Source: Pavona decussata (taxonomy: Eukaryota). From it: a DNA stretch of 64,000 bases. The notes beneath the pieces were generated by a model. The model did not search any database. It was not told the origin of the DNA and saw nothing but the letters and a program-made list of their open reading frames with translations. Where the stretch lies: assembly GCA_977016875.1 (NCBI GenBank), contig CDRNST010000062.1:4154001-4218000 (forward strand), read 5' to 3'. Shown here piece after piece: positions 1 through 13,600 of this stretch (position 1 is the stretch's first letter; the number at the start of each line of letters is the position of its first letter). Made by a program: the position numbers and the translations under genes.

Positions 1-171
1 CAGACATTCAGCATGGCCAGATGGTGCATAGCGCTTGTTATAAGTGTGTCCCTGTAACTTCATGCCGGAGATTGGCAGCTGACGGGGTCCATTGCACTGC
101 TCAGCAGTTGAGGCTTTGTGAACCAGGCCAGTTACAGCGATCGTGAGGATGATTGGTGTAAACGCGGCCAT
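1..171 (-). CDS. Exon 1 (cut by the window edge) of a third PAN-EGF-TLDc family gene (B-type)
   Basis: ATG at 171-169 reads [57 protein letters not shown]. It is nearly identical to 56903-57073 (offset 56902), with one A/T amino-acid change in the signal peptide. Confidence 0.85.
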   Translation of the reverse strand, partial: MAAFTPIILTIAVTGLVHKASTAEQCNGPRQLPISGMKLQGHTYNKRYAPSGHAECL

Positions 172-3100
172 TGTATATGACTCGTCGGCAAAGGAAAACC
201 TACAATCGAAACATCAACAGGGGCGGTATTAATTTGTATCACAAATTTCGTCAAGTTTGCCATTGTCTTATTCAGTATGGATTATAAAATCCGCCCGCTT
301 ATTGTCACGGTTTCTTCAATTGATCGATAAATGAAAGGTCTGGAAACAAGATACACCATTGCGCGCAATAAACTAACAGCCATTATCCAGGGTGCAGATA
401 GAATGGTCATTCTTTCCTGCGCCTGTCCTTTTCCTTCATCGTTTTTGCAACGCGCGTACAACATTAGTGACCTTAAGATTCTAGGACAAGAACGAGTTTT
501 TCCAATAAGAGTGGGCTTGCGCGTGGACCAAGTGTCATTTTCGGGCGCGAAAAACAAGGTAACCGTTGACATTCAGGTGTCGCAACGGGGACGGCAAGGG
601 AGCTTGGGATGGGTTTTCGCGCTCAATGCGCGCTGAATCACTCAGCTCGATTTCCACTTTGGGTTGCTGCCACGAGATTCTTGAAGTGGTGCCAATACTC
701 ACGGTTCGTGTGTTTCGCAGTGACGCGTAATACTGCGTGGTGTGGCAGTATAGGGCGACACTCGTTTGACTCAGGGCTTAATTCGCTCGCGTGACTTACA
801 GCTTTTCTGCGGTTAAGACATTCGCACGAAATTCAAACGAACCGAAAACGAAAACTAATGCCTTATGTTTTCCCGTGTATATCACGAGGATGTATTGTAG
901 CCTAAATCCATCAATCCTAACACTGAAAATTCGGCACCTTGCATGATTGCGTAAATTTTTGAATGAAGGAAAATGGACAAAACTAAGCAGTTGAAAAAAC
1001 AAATTGTCATTTTTTTTTGTGTTTTGGAAGTTGGGCAAGTTCAAATGCAGCCCAATAATTAAATTTTTGACAAGTTTTAATAAAATTGTCTAGTTTATGA
1101 CGCCAATGGGACTTGCTGTCGGTATAAGCGCTAAGTGGTTGTTGGTGAAATATATTTTAGAACAAGAGTAATTAGGAACTCTTGAATATAAGCGATGGTT
1201 GGAACTCTTCAAGTACATCATAGTCCTTTCCACCATTTTAGTCATTTGAGCCAAAGGCACTTCCCCTTATCCTCTTCCTGTTCAGAACCTCTCAAATATA
1301 TTTTCTTGGAGTGCGCCCAGTTTCGAGTGCATTCCGGAGTAGTGGCCAATACGTAAGAGATATAAAACCGAGAACGGAGGTATTAATCCATATACATGGA
1401 TATACATGGATGTATATGGATTAATACTGACGTTCGAGGTATTTATCTGACTTATTTCATGAAATTATTCCTTTGTTCAAGGGGACAAACGCCGGCTAAT
1501 TAGTACCGTCACACTTAGGTGAGAAACGGAGAACAATAGAAGCAACCTGATGTGTGCGTTTCTCGCAGTGCTGCTAATGTAAATGAGGGATTTATCTGTA
1601 TAAATCCCTCGTTTCAGTTAGTTTAATATTCATGAAGGATGTAAGTTAAAAAAAAAGGATGTTGAATAACAAAAGAAAATGTGTGATTCATGAAATAATT
1701 TTAGAATAAATACTGAATTTGCTGTCAAGTTTTCTTTTATAATAACAAAGCTGAAAATCTGCCTGTTGAGTTAATTTCTGATGAATTAAAAATGAAAACT
1801 TATTTTTGTCAAAAGTTTTTTTTTTCATCAGTATTCAATCGAATTATTGATGAGCGCAAGCTTTTCCTTGTCCCATTCATATGTGAAAACGCATTTAAAC
1901 TTTTAAGAGCCCTACATGAAGACTCTTTGTCTCTTCCCATTTGTTGTGTTTCTCCCGCTATGTTTAAAATTCCAGTTTAGGATTAATTTTGAGCGAGCAA
2001 TTTTCCAGTATAAGCTACTGAAGCGATGAAAGTTGTTCTGACTTCACAACTGCGAACTCTGGCCATTTTATCTGAAACATTAATGGGAATCGAAACATTT
2101 TTCGAGAAAGTCAATGTTTCACTTACGTCCAGGAGCTAAGAATGCGTGTCAAAGTTTTTCCCTTGTCAGGATGTCAAACTCAAACAAAAACTAGCCGGCA
2201 GTAGGAATCCATTCACTCGCAGCATGCAAAGAAATTTCGGCTAGATTGCGGGAATGACTCTAGAGCAAAAAAATTTAAAAACTAAACAGCGTCCTATCCA
2301 AGATAAACAGCTTTCTGTTCAAAGCGATAAATTTAACATAGCTACTAGTAAAGAAAACTCTAGTTTTGAATCAGCCTTCTTTTAGTTGCATTCCTCTCCG
2401 ATTTTTTCAATGGATGAACGCTATTTGCTTGTGTTGTTAGGTGGAAGTATATAGGTAACTTAACTGGAAGTTTTTAGCTAACTAAAGCTAGGTGGAAAAG
2501 ATAACTATATTAGCAGTATGTCTAACGAAAGAGTCGTGTTAGAGAGTCTTGGTTCTTCTTGTTCAGACGAGAAACGAGTTTCTGTTTTATACATAACGGG
2601 AAGTTCGTCTTATATTAGTAAAGCACACGTTTCACTTCTCCTCTTCCACTTCCCGTAACTTTGTTTAATTTCCTTTAAGCAGACTTGTGGTTTTTGAAAA
2701 TTAATTATTAACCGCCCTAAATTATATCGCCTCTTCAATTTGAGGGTGTTTAAAAGTCCAAGGTCTTATTAGTTGTCACTGGAAGGAAAAAGTATTTCTT
2801 TGATTGAGTATCTGAGGCCTTTGCTGTGAAAAATTCCCTTGTTTAAATAGAATTTTTCAAACCCTTGACTCTTAATTACACTGAATACAACTATAGCGGT
2901 ATGTGGTTGAAAATACAATGAAAATTTCAGTTCTTTAGAAAAGCAGCTCAGAATAAATTCAAGGAAGAGTTAGAAGAATATCGAGGATCAAAACCCTAAT
3001 ACCCTTCCGAATCACAAGCGAATTTAAAAGGTTAATGAATGTCAATACTTATCTTTTTGAAGTTACTGTCGGATTTTATTGAAAAAGTCGTAAAAACCTG

Positions 3101-5279
3101 CGGATTTCTTAATTAGCGATTTCTATTAGCGGACGTGACAAACTTGTTCTAATTGAAACAAACTTTATTGCAAGACCGTCTTCCAGCTTAATTGAACTGC
3201 CCTATGTTGTCTTGACCAAAAATTCAAGAAATGTCTTGGGCAGGAAAAGCAGACGTTTATCTCAATTTCCCAGCGCAAGTTGTATAATATTTTGAAGCAT
3301 TGGTATAGTGGCTATTTATACTAATAGTACAGGTTGTTGAACAAATATGTCGCTTTACATCGAAAAGACTGCAAAGACATGGCTGTTGTTCTTGTCGGAA
3401 CTGAGAAAAGGAAGGTTTGTTTCCGGACAACGAAGACGTCCCGAAACATTTTCATGCTGCAACACCGAGTACAACTCGTAGTGTTCCAACAACTGGCGTT
3501 ATGTAATCTTTGCGTGCACAACTTTGCTTTGCACGGTTAGACAAATTGCTCACTGAGTTGCCTCACTTGAATAAACAAATGGCTCATTCGAAGAAAATAC
3601 ACTCTTATAAGACAGGCGACAATTAAGTTTTACTTTGGTGCCAAAAACCACCCTTTATTTCTGGCAAAGCGATGCAGCACGCTTGTGAAACTTCTGAAAT
3701 CGGTTTACATCCGGCATCTGGCCACTTACTCCGGGACCCTGGTCTCAAGGTCGGCGCAAGCGAGAGAGAAAACACATGGAGCTGCAAGGCATGGAAGATT
3801 ATGAGGGACAATTTCTCTCCATCTTGCAACGCATCTCGCAAAGTTTCGAAAAGAAGAGGAACTTGTCTACTTTTTCTGCAACCTGTAACGAAATTTTTAG
3901 TTACGAGGACTTCAAGAGGGGAAGTCATACGCGCAGTTTCGCTCTCAACTTGTTTCGCAATGGCGTTGCTATAATTTTCAGGAAAAACAGCCAGACGTAT
4001 AACAGTACTTTTAAGGAGAACTGCCGACTGTGCAGTGGTGTGAACAATCGCCCCTCACTTGCACTGCAGCTCGGGTTCGAATCCCGTATTTGTTATGTGT
4101 GGAGAGATGATGTTGTTGCTTTCTTCCTTGCTGCAAAGGTTGTTTTCTAGATTCTGATGTTTTTCTCCCTCCACAAAAACCATTACTGTCAATACCCTTA
4201 TGAAAGGCACCTGCGATATGCTTTTTTTCTAGGCCTTTGAAGTTCATAAAGTACAGTCACACCAAAAAAATCTACCCTAGATTTTACAATATTTTCGTCA
4301 AGATGGCTAAAAGTTAGAAGAATAGGATATTTTCCCTCACCTTTTCAAAAATGTACCTGATGCACTTTCAAGTCATAGACAAACTGTTATGTTAAGTAAA
4401 ACGACGGAACACTTTTAAAGAGTCGTGCAGGTGGCTGACATTGATAATCACAGTTGACAGGTGAAATACAGCTATCAGAATGCAAATAGCTAGGATGACT
4501 GCCTGACACAGCACGATTATAGGAAGTCAGTTATATAAATGAGAACAGTGTAATATTTCCTCCCTAGGTATTATTATTCATAAGGTATGGGGAATCGCTC
4601 TGGCCTTGGACTAACCCAGACCAGACGAAGGTAAATGTGGCAAGGCAAGGTTCAACCCAACTGACTCGAAGGGAGGGAAGGGTGGGCAGCTAAACATGAT
4701 TTGAGCTCGCGGCCTCAAGTTGAGTGACAGAGTGTGACACAATGCAATCTATTATATAGCATATTCAAATAATCCCAAGGGAGTTAATTACCAATGCAAA
4801 CTAAGTTTGCATAGTTACGGCCACCTGAGGCAAACCCCACTGGGAGCTAAGTACAAGAGGCAATTAGAACTAAACAAATATCACCGAACCAGAACCTTGC
4901 AAGCAAATTCATAAACACCTCTCACGGCTTTCGGCATCTCATCAAACAAATTCAAAACAATCCAAGACACCGCGTTTCGGTAAATCACAGTATATTACAA
5001 GAAAAAGGAGTCTCGTCGCAAAGACTTGTCAGAACAATTCTCAATAAAAGGGATAAAAAATTATTGCCCCCGCAGGGTTTTGGCCTAGAGGCCAAAACCC
5101 GAGGAGGCACCCTAGGATTCCCTGCGTGTATACATATAAGGAATTTCAAAATGTAAGAAAGTAAGTACTGTAAGTAAATTTGTTAGTATGCGAAAAAAAT
5201 CTCGATTTGATCAAACTAGGCGCGCACGGTCGTCTCGGGTAATATTTCAGCAAGCGCGAAAGGTGCTATCGGGTAGCTG

Positions 5280-5550
5280 TCATTCTGCAACCACGAGGTC
5301 TTCGAGCAGCGTTTGACGGTCTTGCGAGCAAGAGTTTGCGTTTCGTCGTCCTCAAGCAGCATTTCGAGTTCTTTCTAGCACTGTTTCAAGGTCTTGCAAC
5401 CACGAGTTCGCATTTCGCCATCATTTAGCAGCATTTCAACCACGAGTTCGCGTTTTGCCATCTTCTAGCAGCGTGTCAAGGTCTTGCAACCACGAAGTCA
5501 CGTCTCGCCATCTTCTGCATCTTTAGCAGCCTTTCAAACCACGAGTTCAC
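5280..5550. repeat. Degenerate AACCACGAGTTCGC minisatellite (copy at 62237-62510)
   Basis: About six variants of GGTCTTGCAACCACGAGTTCGC.TTTCGCCATC.T.TAGCAGC. Confidence 0.75.
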
Positions 5551-5906
5551 ATAATTATACATACAATACGTTGCTGTTTCACAAAACAAAACTGTATGAC
5601 TGTAATAGATTTCAATGTCAAATTTACAGAGAAATATGCTAACCAGTTACATGGATGTTAACTTCAATAAATATTCAAACGTTTCTTTTTTAACATTCGT
5701 ATGCACAGTGATTTATATCCAGTAAGAACCATATACAGGTGTTAAACAGATCTTGAAAAGCGATGGCAGGTCTAGTGAAAACTATTACTAGTTTTAAATT
5801 TTTTCAATAAAGCGCCAGGCAGCAGTACACATCACAGGTAAGTTCAACACGTGGAAAAAATCTCGCCACTACGACAAAACCACGTGCAAAAATATTCGCA
5901 ATCATA

Positions 5907-6093
5907 AGGCTGGTTTCCATATGATCGCGGATCGCAGATCGCAGATCGCAATAAGGTCTGCGATCGTCTGCGATCCTGCGATCGTGATCGCAGAAGATAG
6001 AACCATGTTCTATCTAAAGGCTGGTTTCCATATGATCGCGGATCGCAGATCGCAGATCGCAATAAGCGTCTGCGATCATATGGAAACCAGCCT
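5907..6093. mobile_element. GATCGCA-rich MITE (short or collapsed form)
   Basis: TIR AGGCTGGTTTCCATATGATCGC / GCGATCATATGGAAACCAGCCT, with a second left end at ~6018. Confidence 0.8.
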
Positions 6094-6134
6094 ATAGTCA
6101 ATATCAGCCTTTGCTTATTTAAAAAACAATTGTC

Positions 6135-6490
6135 ACGCCGCCACAAACGACACCACACAGGCAAGGCTAGTGAACACGTGAAAATACTTCAGCCAGTTAA
6201 GGCAAAACCACACAGGCAAAAAATCTCACAATTCCAGACGCCGCCACAGGCAACACCACACAGGCAATAAAAAAACCACACAGGAAAATACTGCCGCCAC
6301 TTCAGGCAAAAAAACCACACAGGCAATTCACGCAATTTCCAACGCCGCCTCAGGCAACACCACACAGGCAAATTTTACCCTACAGGTAATACTGCCACCA
6401 CTTCAGGCAAAAAACACACAGGAATTTAAGTAATTTCCAACGCCGCCCCAGGCAATACGGCACATAAGCAAATTTTACCCCACAGGTAAG
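6135..6490. repeat. CCACACAGGCAA / CGCCGCC minisatellite upstream of the MULE ORF (copy at 63380-63735)
   Basis: More than ten occurrences of CCACACAGG(C/A)AA interleaved with ACGCCGCC. Confidence 0.78.
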
Positions 6491-7999
6491 ACTAGCCGAC
6501 TAGAAACTATCCCGCCAGACAGTCAAACAAATTCTAGATACCTTACTGTTCATGCAAAAATGAACAAGCACAACTTGGGGGATCTCGCCACTACATGCAA
6601 ACTAAGAACAAACACGAGGAATTTAACTAGTCTGCGGCACAAAACGAGCTAAAGCTCCGAAAAGACTAAACGAAGGTGAGAACTTAACGTAACTCATCCT
6701 GAACTTGACCAGCGACAAGTTCTTTATTCCAGAATAAATGAATGAACTATTGAACTATTATCAAGACAAGAAGTTCAATATTTTATATTTAATGCTTCAA
6801 ATTTTCAATATTGACAGTCTACGTTTCTCGTTCATTCTTTAAGGGCCATCTCCAACGGTGACCTTGTACTTCAACGACAAGCAAGAGGTACCAATATTTG
6901 AATCGGGAAGAAAACAACGCTACCACACGAAACAAGCAGTGGATATACTATTTAGACAAGCCCCTCTTACCGAAATGTGTACAACACAACCTTTGGGCGT
7001 TCGCCAAAACATGTCCTTCCTTGTCAACGTCAGCAAGCTAAATAACTGGAGAGATGTCAAAGCAGACAGAAACGGAGTTTATGACCGTGTGTTACGATGT
7101 GGTGTTTGGACAGTGTCTTGTGATGTAAGCGAAAATGATACCAGTCTTGAAATCCTCGCCAGGAAGAAAGACAATTTAGGGAGTGACAGTCAGTACCACA
7201 TAACAATTAATTCCAAACGAAACAAGGCATCACCAACACTTGTTCGTTCAATGTTTCTCCTGACCAACAAGAGTGGGAAAATTGTCAATGATGCTTGCCT
7301 GCTACAATATCATATTATCGCATCGGGAGCGCGAGAAGACACCGTAGAAGTCCAAGTTCTACCCCACGGAAACCGAAAAGAAGGCCAATCGCGCCCCTTT
7401 CACCCAACAGCAAAAAGTACCATGGAGAAAATACACCAGGGCCTTACCGATAGTGGCAGTATTGCCAAGGTGTATCGCGGTATCATGAAAGCTACTGGAG
7501 GTCCGACTCACGCTTCCAATCCAAGTGTTCTTCCTAGAGGAAAGAAGCAAGTAAGCGATGTAAAGTTTGCAAGAAACAGTGCAGACGATCCAGTCAAGGA
7601 CCTGCTAGTTTATGCAAGACACAAAGAAAATTCTCCTGTCCTGCATCATTGTGATGTCCCGACTGATGCATGGGTTTTAGGAACCGAAGTGATGTGTTCA
7701 GATATCTCTCGTTTCACGACTTCTGAAAAGCTGAGCTACCCCCTGTCCATTGATCCAACCTTCAATATGGGCCCCTTTGGAGTTACCCCGGTTGTATACA
7801 AGCACCTATTTCTAAAATCCAGGCGGAACGGCGAAAATCCAATTTTTTTAGGACCTACTATGTTGCACCATCGAAAGACCGTAGAGAATTACCGAATTCA
7901 CTCGTCAGTGTGTGCGACCAACATCAAGAATCTGAATCAGGCCAAGGGGTTTCATGACTGACGGAGAAGAAGCATTGATTCATGCCTGGCCCGGGCCTG

Positions 8000-8238
8000 G
8001 CCCCAGTTGTTCAAAGGCCGGATAACTTTATCCTCTGGATAAGGTACTATTCGGGGTCTAAAATTTACTTCACGTTAAACGTTGTCCAAGGTTTTCGCAC
8101 ACTCCTAAACTAGACTGTGGTTAGAGTGGGCATATTTGCTTGTACACGATGAAATACCGAAATCTTTGCACAGATTGAAACTGTCGGATAGTGACTTATC
8201 CACCGAATAAAGTTATCCGGCCTTTGAACAACTGCGGC
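8000..8238. mobile_element. MITE with ~30-bp TIRs and CTG TSD (PIF/Harbinger-like), inserted in the MULE transposase
   Basis: GCCCCAGTTGTTCAAAGGCCGGATAACTTTAT ... ATAAAGTTATCCGGCCTTTGAACAACTGCGGC, with CTG at 7997-7999 and 8239-8241. Confidence 0.85.
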
Positions 8239-9129
8239 CTGGAGTGCAGACATGCCTAAGGCAAAACACCTACGCTGCTTCAAACACTTTGAGGGTAATT
8301 GTAAAGAGAAACTAAGGAAGATAGGTATCTGCAGCGCAAAAGACCAGAAAAAGTTTCTCAACAAGGTGTTTGGAGTCTACGGAAAGGAAGAAGTGATCCT
8401 AGATGCAGAGGATAAAAAAGACCTTAAGAGACGACTGTACGTATGCGTCGAAGGAAGAGCTAGAAAGAGAGGAAAGAGAAGTGCTTGGGTAGGACAGCAC
8501 ATACCAATGCAAGTTCTGGACATACCTCGAATCAAACTACGAGATGATGAAGAAAAACATGGTTGCAAAGGTTCGACGCCAGGGTGGGTTGAAAGACGGT
8601 CCTGATGGCAAACCAATCAGATCGTACACAAACCCTTCAGAATCCATGAATCACGTAATGTCTGCAGCGAAGAAGGATGTTGTTTCAAGTAAAAACGAGA
8701 AAGAATATGGTTTGACCAAGCTTGAATTCACCACTTCCGTGTTCGAAGAAATTTACCAGAAGCAGCAAGATGAATTACGTTTGGCCATCGCTGGAATAAG
8801 CGAAGAGTACGAACTTTCGGAGTTAGTGTCTCACCTTGAGGTCTCGATAGACACGTGGTTTCGCTGGTCAACCGAAGAAAGGGAGAAGTACGTCGCGGAC
8901 ATGAATAAATTGTCAGTGGAAGACGCACTGGGTAGGAAATCCATTCGTGAACCTGATATAACAAAACAGCCACCAGCGAAAGAATTCACCGAGTTGTCCA
9001 TAGATGTAGCCCAATTTCTGAAGCAAAATATGGGATACAAGTTGGTCACAGCAAAGGCATGTCGCGGAAAACGCCCGACTTTTAGTAAACCACCCACTTG
9101 CCATCCAGGAGCGACCAACCTTGCAACCT

Positions 9130-9247
9130 TCTTTATTTTTCAACCTTCTTTATTTTTATTTTTATTTATTTTTTTTTTTTGTTCTTTTTAATTTTCGAGG
9201 ACTCTTTTGTAAATCACTTATTAGTGAAATTGATTTCCTCAATAAAG

Positions 9248-9284
<37 letters not shown>
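9130..9284 (+). mobile_element. Short retroposed 3'-end fragment inside the MULE ORF
   Basis: T-rich tract, AATAAA at 9241 and an (ATT)12 tail separating ..PTLQP from KFEVAA... Confidence 0.6.
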
Positions 9285-9285
<1 letters not shown>

Positions 9286-12200
9286 ATTTGAAGTCGCTGC
9301 AATACGCGCCAAGAACGGTAGAGTACAGTGTACCGTTGACACAAATTTCGTGTCGTGCAATTGTCCCAGCTACAAATTTGACAATATTTGCAAGCATTCC
9401 ATTGCTGTCGCTCAGCTAAAAGGGTGCCTAGAAATGCACTTAAAATATGTTCACAACAAATCAAGGGCAAGGTTCCCCTAAACCGCTCTGGCAGAAGCCA
9501 ATGTGGACAAACAGCGCGCAGGGAAGAAAGTTTCGCCCCTTGAAACAACAAAGCGCACCAACTGAAGTTCCCTAAGGAAGCAGCAATGGTGTCTATACAG
9601 AATCACACCTCAACGACAATCCTTTCCTCACAATCCAATCCTTCCTGAAGAGGCAAAGAAGTGCAAAAGCTGCAATGTGGACTTCTGTCACTGCCAAAGA
9701 CACCTCCCGTTTGATTTGGTTCTGGAGCACAAAGAAAGGTGGTATTTTCCCGTAAATGGGGATTGGAAAAACAAAGTTCCGTCAAACAAAGAAGGATCAA
9801 GATTTTATCACGCCAACCTTCAGAAATGTCTCAAACCCAGGTTTTCATACATCTCGTCGCAGTATATACACATTCCAGAGGAAACGCTCCCAAAGCTGCA
9901 CGAATCACACAAGGAACTTCTCAGGCGGGAGTTTCAAATGGACATATCATAGAGATTGAGAATTGATAAACAAAGGAGTAGCAAATAAGCTCTATTTTAT
10001 GCCTCAACGGATGAACACTGAGAAATCGGACAAGGCATTTCGCCAATGTAATTCATTAATTTAACTTTAATGACAAGGCATTATGGACCCCTTGTCCTTT
10101 GGGCCTATATATGAAACATTGTTTGTATCTCACTGTTCCTCTCGTCACTGAAATTCACGATGAATACTTTAAGGAAAACCTGAGGACTAATAGTTTTAAG
10201 TGTGTGAGCTTCATCGGCGTCTTTTTCACCATGATTTAATTAAGAGCTGTTCAACAGTTAAAGGCGGACATTTCGCCAGATTAGACCTTCACTTTGTAGT
10301 GCTTGGAGAGTTTCATGTTCTTGTTGCGTTTGTTGTTGTTGTTTCCTAAGTTTGTCACAGTAGTGAAGAGCTGTCGATTTTGTGCGAATGGTACTTTTCA
10401 AAGCCACTGTTTAAATCTACTAGTAACTTTAATTGAATCTAACTATTGTATGTTGCACGTTCCAGTTTTTGGCATTCAGTGAGGCGCTTTCCATAAGTCT
10501 AGATGGATGTCATCGTCTCATTAGAAAGAGGTGAACAAAGGGTCACAACCTCCCGAATGTGTCAAATTTTTCCGTTTCAACTGGTTTGAACGGAGATCGC
10601 TAAAAGCGCCCCGTTTGAAAATCATATGCATGTTAATGTTATTTTTGAAATTTAAGAATAATATCAAATCTAAGGTAGTTTTGTTAGCAAAGGTTAATCA
10701 TAATTTTACATTTTATATTACAGATAAAACTAAGTCTTGACTGTCAGCGATTTCGTACCTTATATTAAACGAATCTGTTTATGTTTCTAGTTTGTACACT
10801 CTTGGCTTGCCTAATTACAACTTGTGTTGTAATTATTCCAAAAGTACATTGCTCGTGTATTCGACCGTGTTGGATACAGTTGAGCTACGTGCATACCACA
10901 GCACAGACCGAATTGTTATACATTTTATGATCTTTTTGACATAAACTCAATGTTTCAGCCTGAGGTATGTTCTGAACATATTCTTAACTTTTAGTCCCTT
11001 TTTAGCCTCAACGTTCTCATAAAAGAAAAAGAGTGTTAGTTCAATGAAGGATTAAATTTTCTTTTTAATTAGAATTTACCTTCTGAGGTATTTTCTCAGG
11101 GATGCGCGTTTTTCACCAATGGGACACCTTCCATGATGGTAGCATTACGATTTCTAAGGGGGGAAAAACCGCACTAAGAGACTTCTTTAACACAACTGTC
11201 TCGGCGGCGGGTTGGCCTGGTAACTTAGAATCGGCGGTAAAAACCTCGTGAATATCGTAAAGTGACATTCTGATTTCGAAAAAAAACACACACCGGGCAA
11301 TTTCAATGGATTCGACATGGACTTATCGAGCAGACAGGACGACGTGTGCAGGGAAACAATTGGAAATTCGCACTACTAAACTACCTGAATTAATGTGGGT
11401 AACTTTCGTGAGTTCTAATTGGTCCATGGTTTCCAAGGTAATCGTTAACCAATGGAATCTCACGAAATTTACCAAATAGAAATTTTTGTATATCGAACAC
11501 GAGTATTGTCAACCCACTCCTTCCCCTCCCAGGATTTGTAATGATACCTAATTTCCCCTAAATCGCAGTTTAATACAAATGCCGTCTTGTGTATGTCAAT
11601 ACTGACAAAGGCACACAGGCACTTGACAGAATTTGTTTTTAGGTCTTCCGCTAAACTCCACCGAGCTGAGGCGAAAGGGTCTTCGTTTTCGATGAGGGGG
11701 TCTTCGTTTTCGATCAGGGGGTCTTAGGTCTTCGGTCTTCGGCCCTCTCGCGCTTCCTCGCCCAAGATGACAGCAACGAAGGATTATTCAGCGCTCCCGC
11801 TCCAAAAATACGCCTGCATTGCAGGCTAACCGCCATGAGACTTGGTGATATGTGCGGTATATAAGAATTCATTCATTCATTCATTCATTGAAATCCAAAA
11901 AGAAAGAAAAGAAAGAAAATCCCAAAAAAAAAAAAGTATCAGTCAATCGAGCAGTTATGTTTTCGTTGTCCAATTTTCTTGTATCCGAGGTAATGCACCT
12001 GAGATATACTTGCCGGAGAAGTTCAAAGGCCTTTCTGTTTCATCAATTGCGTGACACTCAAAATGCTAAGCCCTAAAACAGTCACGACCTTCGAGAAGGC
12101 TCTTGGCCAATATTAAACTTGAGTCGGTGGCAATAAACATGCCTATACATAAAATAAGTCACAGTTTTTAATTAAGAGTTTCTCGGAAAAACAAGAAAAC

Positions 12201-13064
12201 GATGTCTTGTGGATCAGGAGGTCGACTAAACTAACTAACAACTCATGATCATGTAGCCAGATCTAGAGCCGTTATGTTTCATGAACAAAGGGTTGACTTT
12301 GGCAGTGAAATTGGTGCTGTGAAGCTAATTTCAGCATGTTGATTTATATGTCTTAGTTTGGAATATTGCATAACTTGGGGCGTGTTTTTGTGATCAAACT
12401 GAGTCAGCTCTTTTATTGTTTTCCTGTTTTTCCGGGAAATGTCCGTTAAAATCTGTGATGTGGGCACGTTTTCACCCGCTCTAATTAACCTCGGCTAGGG
12501 CCTCCTCGAAGGTTGGAATTGAAAAAAAATACTTTTAAGTATTTTTTTTTTTCAATACGTAGTTATTTTAATTTCCTTTCCCCCTTGCATACACAGACTG
12601 AGGGGACTGGCTAGGGAGATGTACACCTCCCCCACTAATGAGCACATGGAGTACTTGACTTCAAATATTTTAGGGATTAAAGAGGTCGGATCAGAATTTT
12701 GGAGTGTCAGGCACACTGGTAAAGCAAAGAGGCCTGAGACAACTATTTTTGAGAGAGTATATCTCAGGTGCATACTTCGGATTCAAGGGAATTGGACAGC
12801 GAAAGTATAACTGCCTGATAGACTGATAGATTGTTTGACATCACGTGATCAGTAGAGCAACAACTATAAAGAGTTGTAAGAAATTTTAAGCGTAATGGCA
12901 ATACCGGGCGCAGTTTGCTAGGCTAGAACTTGGAACTCAAAACTCAAACTCGTTGGGGATAAGACTTTGGTTATTTTTCATCAGATTTTTCATGGCCTAC
13001 AAACTTACAATAATACAAGAAAAAAAGGCTCAGTTGAACAAATAAGTGAAAAATTATACAGGAA

Positions 13065-13600
13065 GAAGATTGCGGATTGATTCCTTGATTTGCTGACACA
13101 GAAGGAGGGTTACATAACACACCTCTGTTGTCGTACTGCGTACGACAACATTTGGCTAAACCGCTCGCTATATCGTGATTTTCAAGCCTATTACGGGATT
13201 CTCACACGATGGTGATCTATGTTTATAAAGATTCAAAGTTCAAATGACGAACCTAAGACTTCTTCTGGCAATCAACACACCCTTACCCTCTATCACAAAT
13301 AACTGATTCATTTAGCCATGTGAAGCTCTGCGCAGAAGATCAAATTCCTAATTAGACATCATTCTAATTCAGAGATTTTCAGAAGCGCCAGGAAAGCTGA
13401 AACTCTGAAATCTTTGATAACTACCATAAAAAAATATTTAACTTTCTCTGTATACAAACAGCCTGATTGCAAAATAATTTTATGACAGAATTGACTTTAA
13501 GGAAAGTCAATAGTTTGTGTTAATTTTTTGTTGTTGCACAATCGACTTTGTTTTTTTTTTTTTTAGCGGTTCCTTTAAATCATTTTGGAAACACTGACAG
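13065..13600 (-). repeat. Inverted, diverged copy of ~20980-21530
   Basis: For example, AAGATTCAAAGTTCAAATGA..AACCTAAGACTTCTTCT (13228-13266) is the reverse complement of AGAAGAAGTCTTAGGTT..TCATTTGAACTTTGAATCTT (21288-21326); co-linear over ~500 bp. Confidence 0.85.

Larger units (their letters stand above)
6858..9952 (+). pseudogene. Disrupted Mutator-like (MULE) DDE transposase with SWIM zinc finger and C-terminal Cys/His domain
   Basis: SIDPTFNMG (first D), F-M-T-D-G-E-E-A-L after a frameshift near 7946-7952 (second D), HLRCFKHF (CxxH), TNPSESMNHV (E), SWIM CNCPSYKFDNICKHSIAV (9355-9410), and a C-terminal C..C...DLVLEHKER...FYH...C. Interrupted by a MITE (8000-8238), an ATT-tailed insert (~9130-9284), further frameshifts and a stop. 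Confidence 0.85.

Noticed and set aside
282-4247. Short ORFs repeated identically at 57184-61201 as conserved genes
   Set aside because: The identity reflects recent duplication. The older copy (40400-44800) breaks these frames, and I recognise no domain.
4549-5060. Solo LTR (starts TGTAAT, AATAAA near 5043)
   Set aside because: No CA-ending right boundary or TSD was found.
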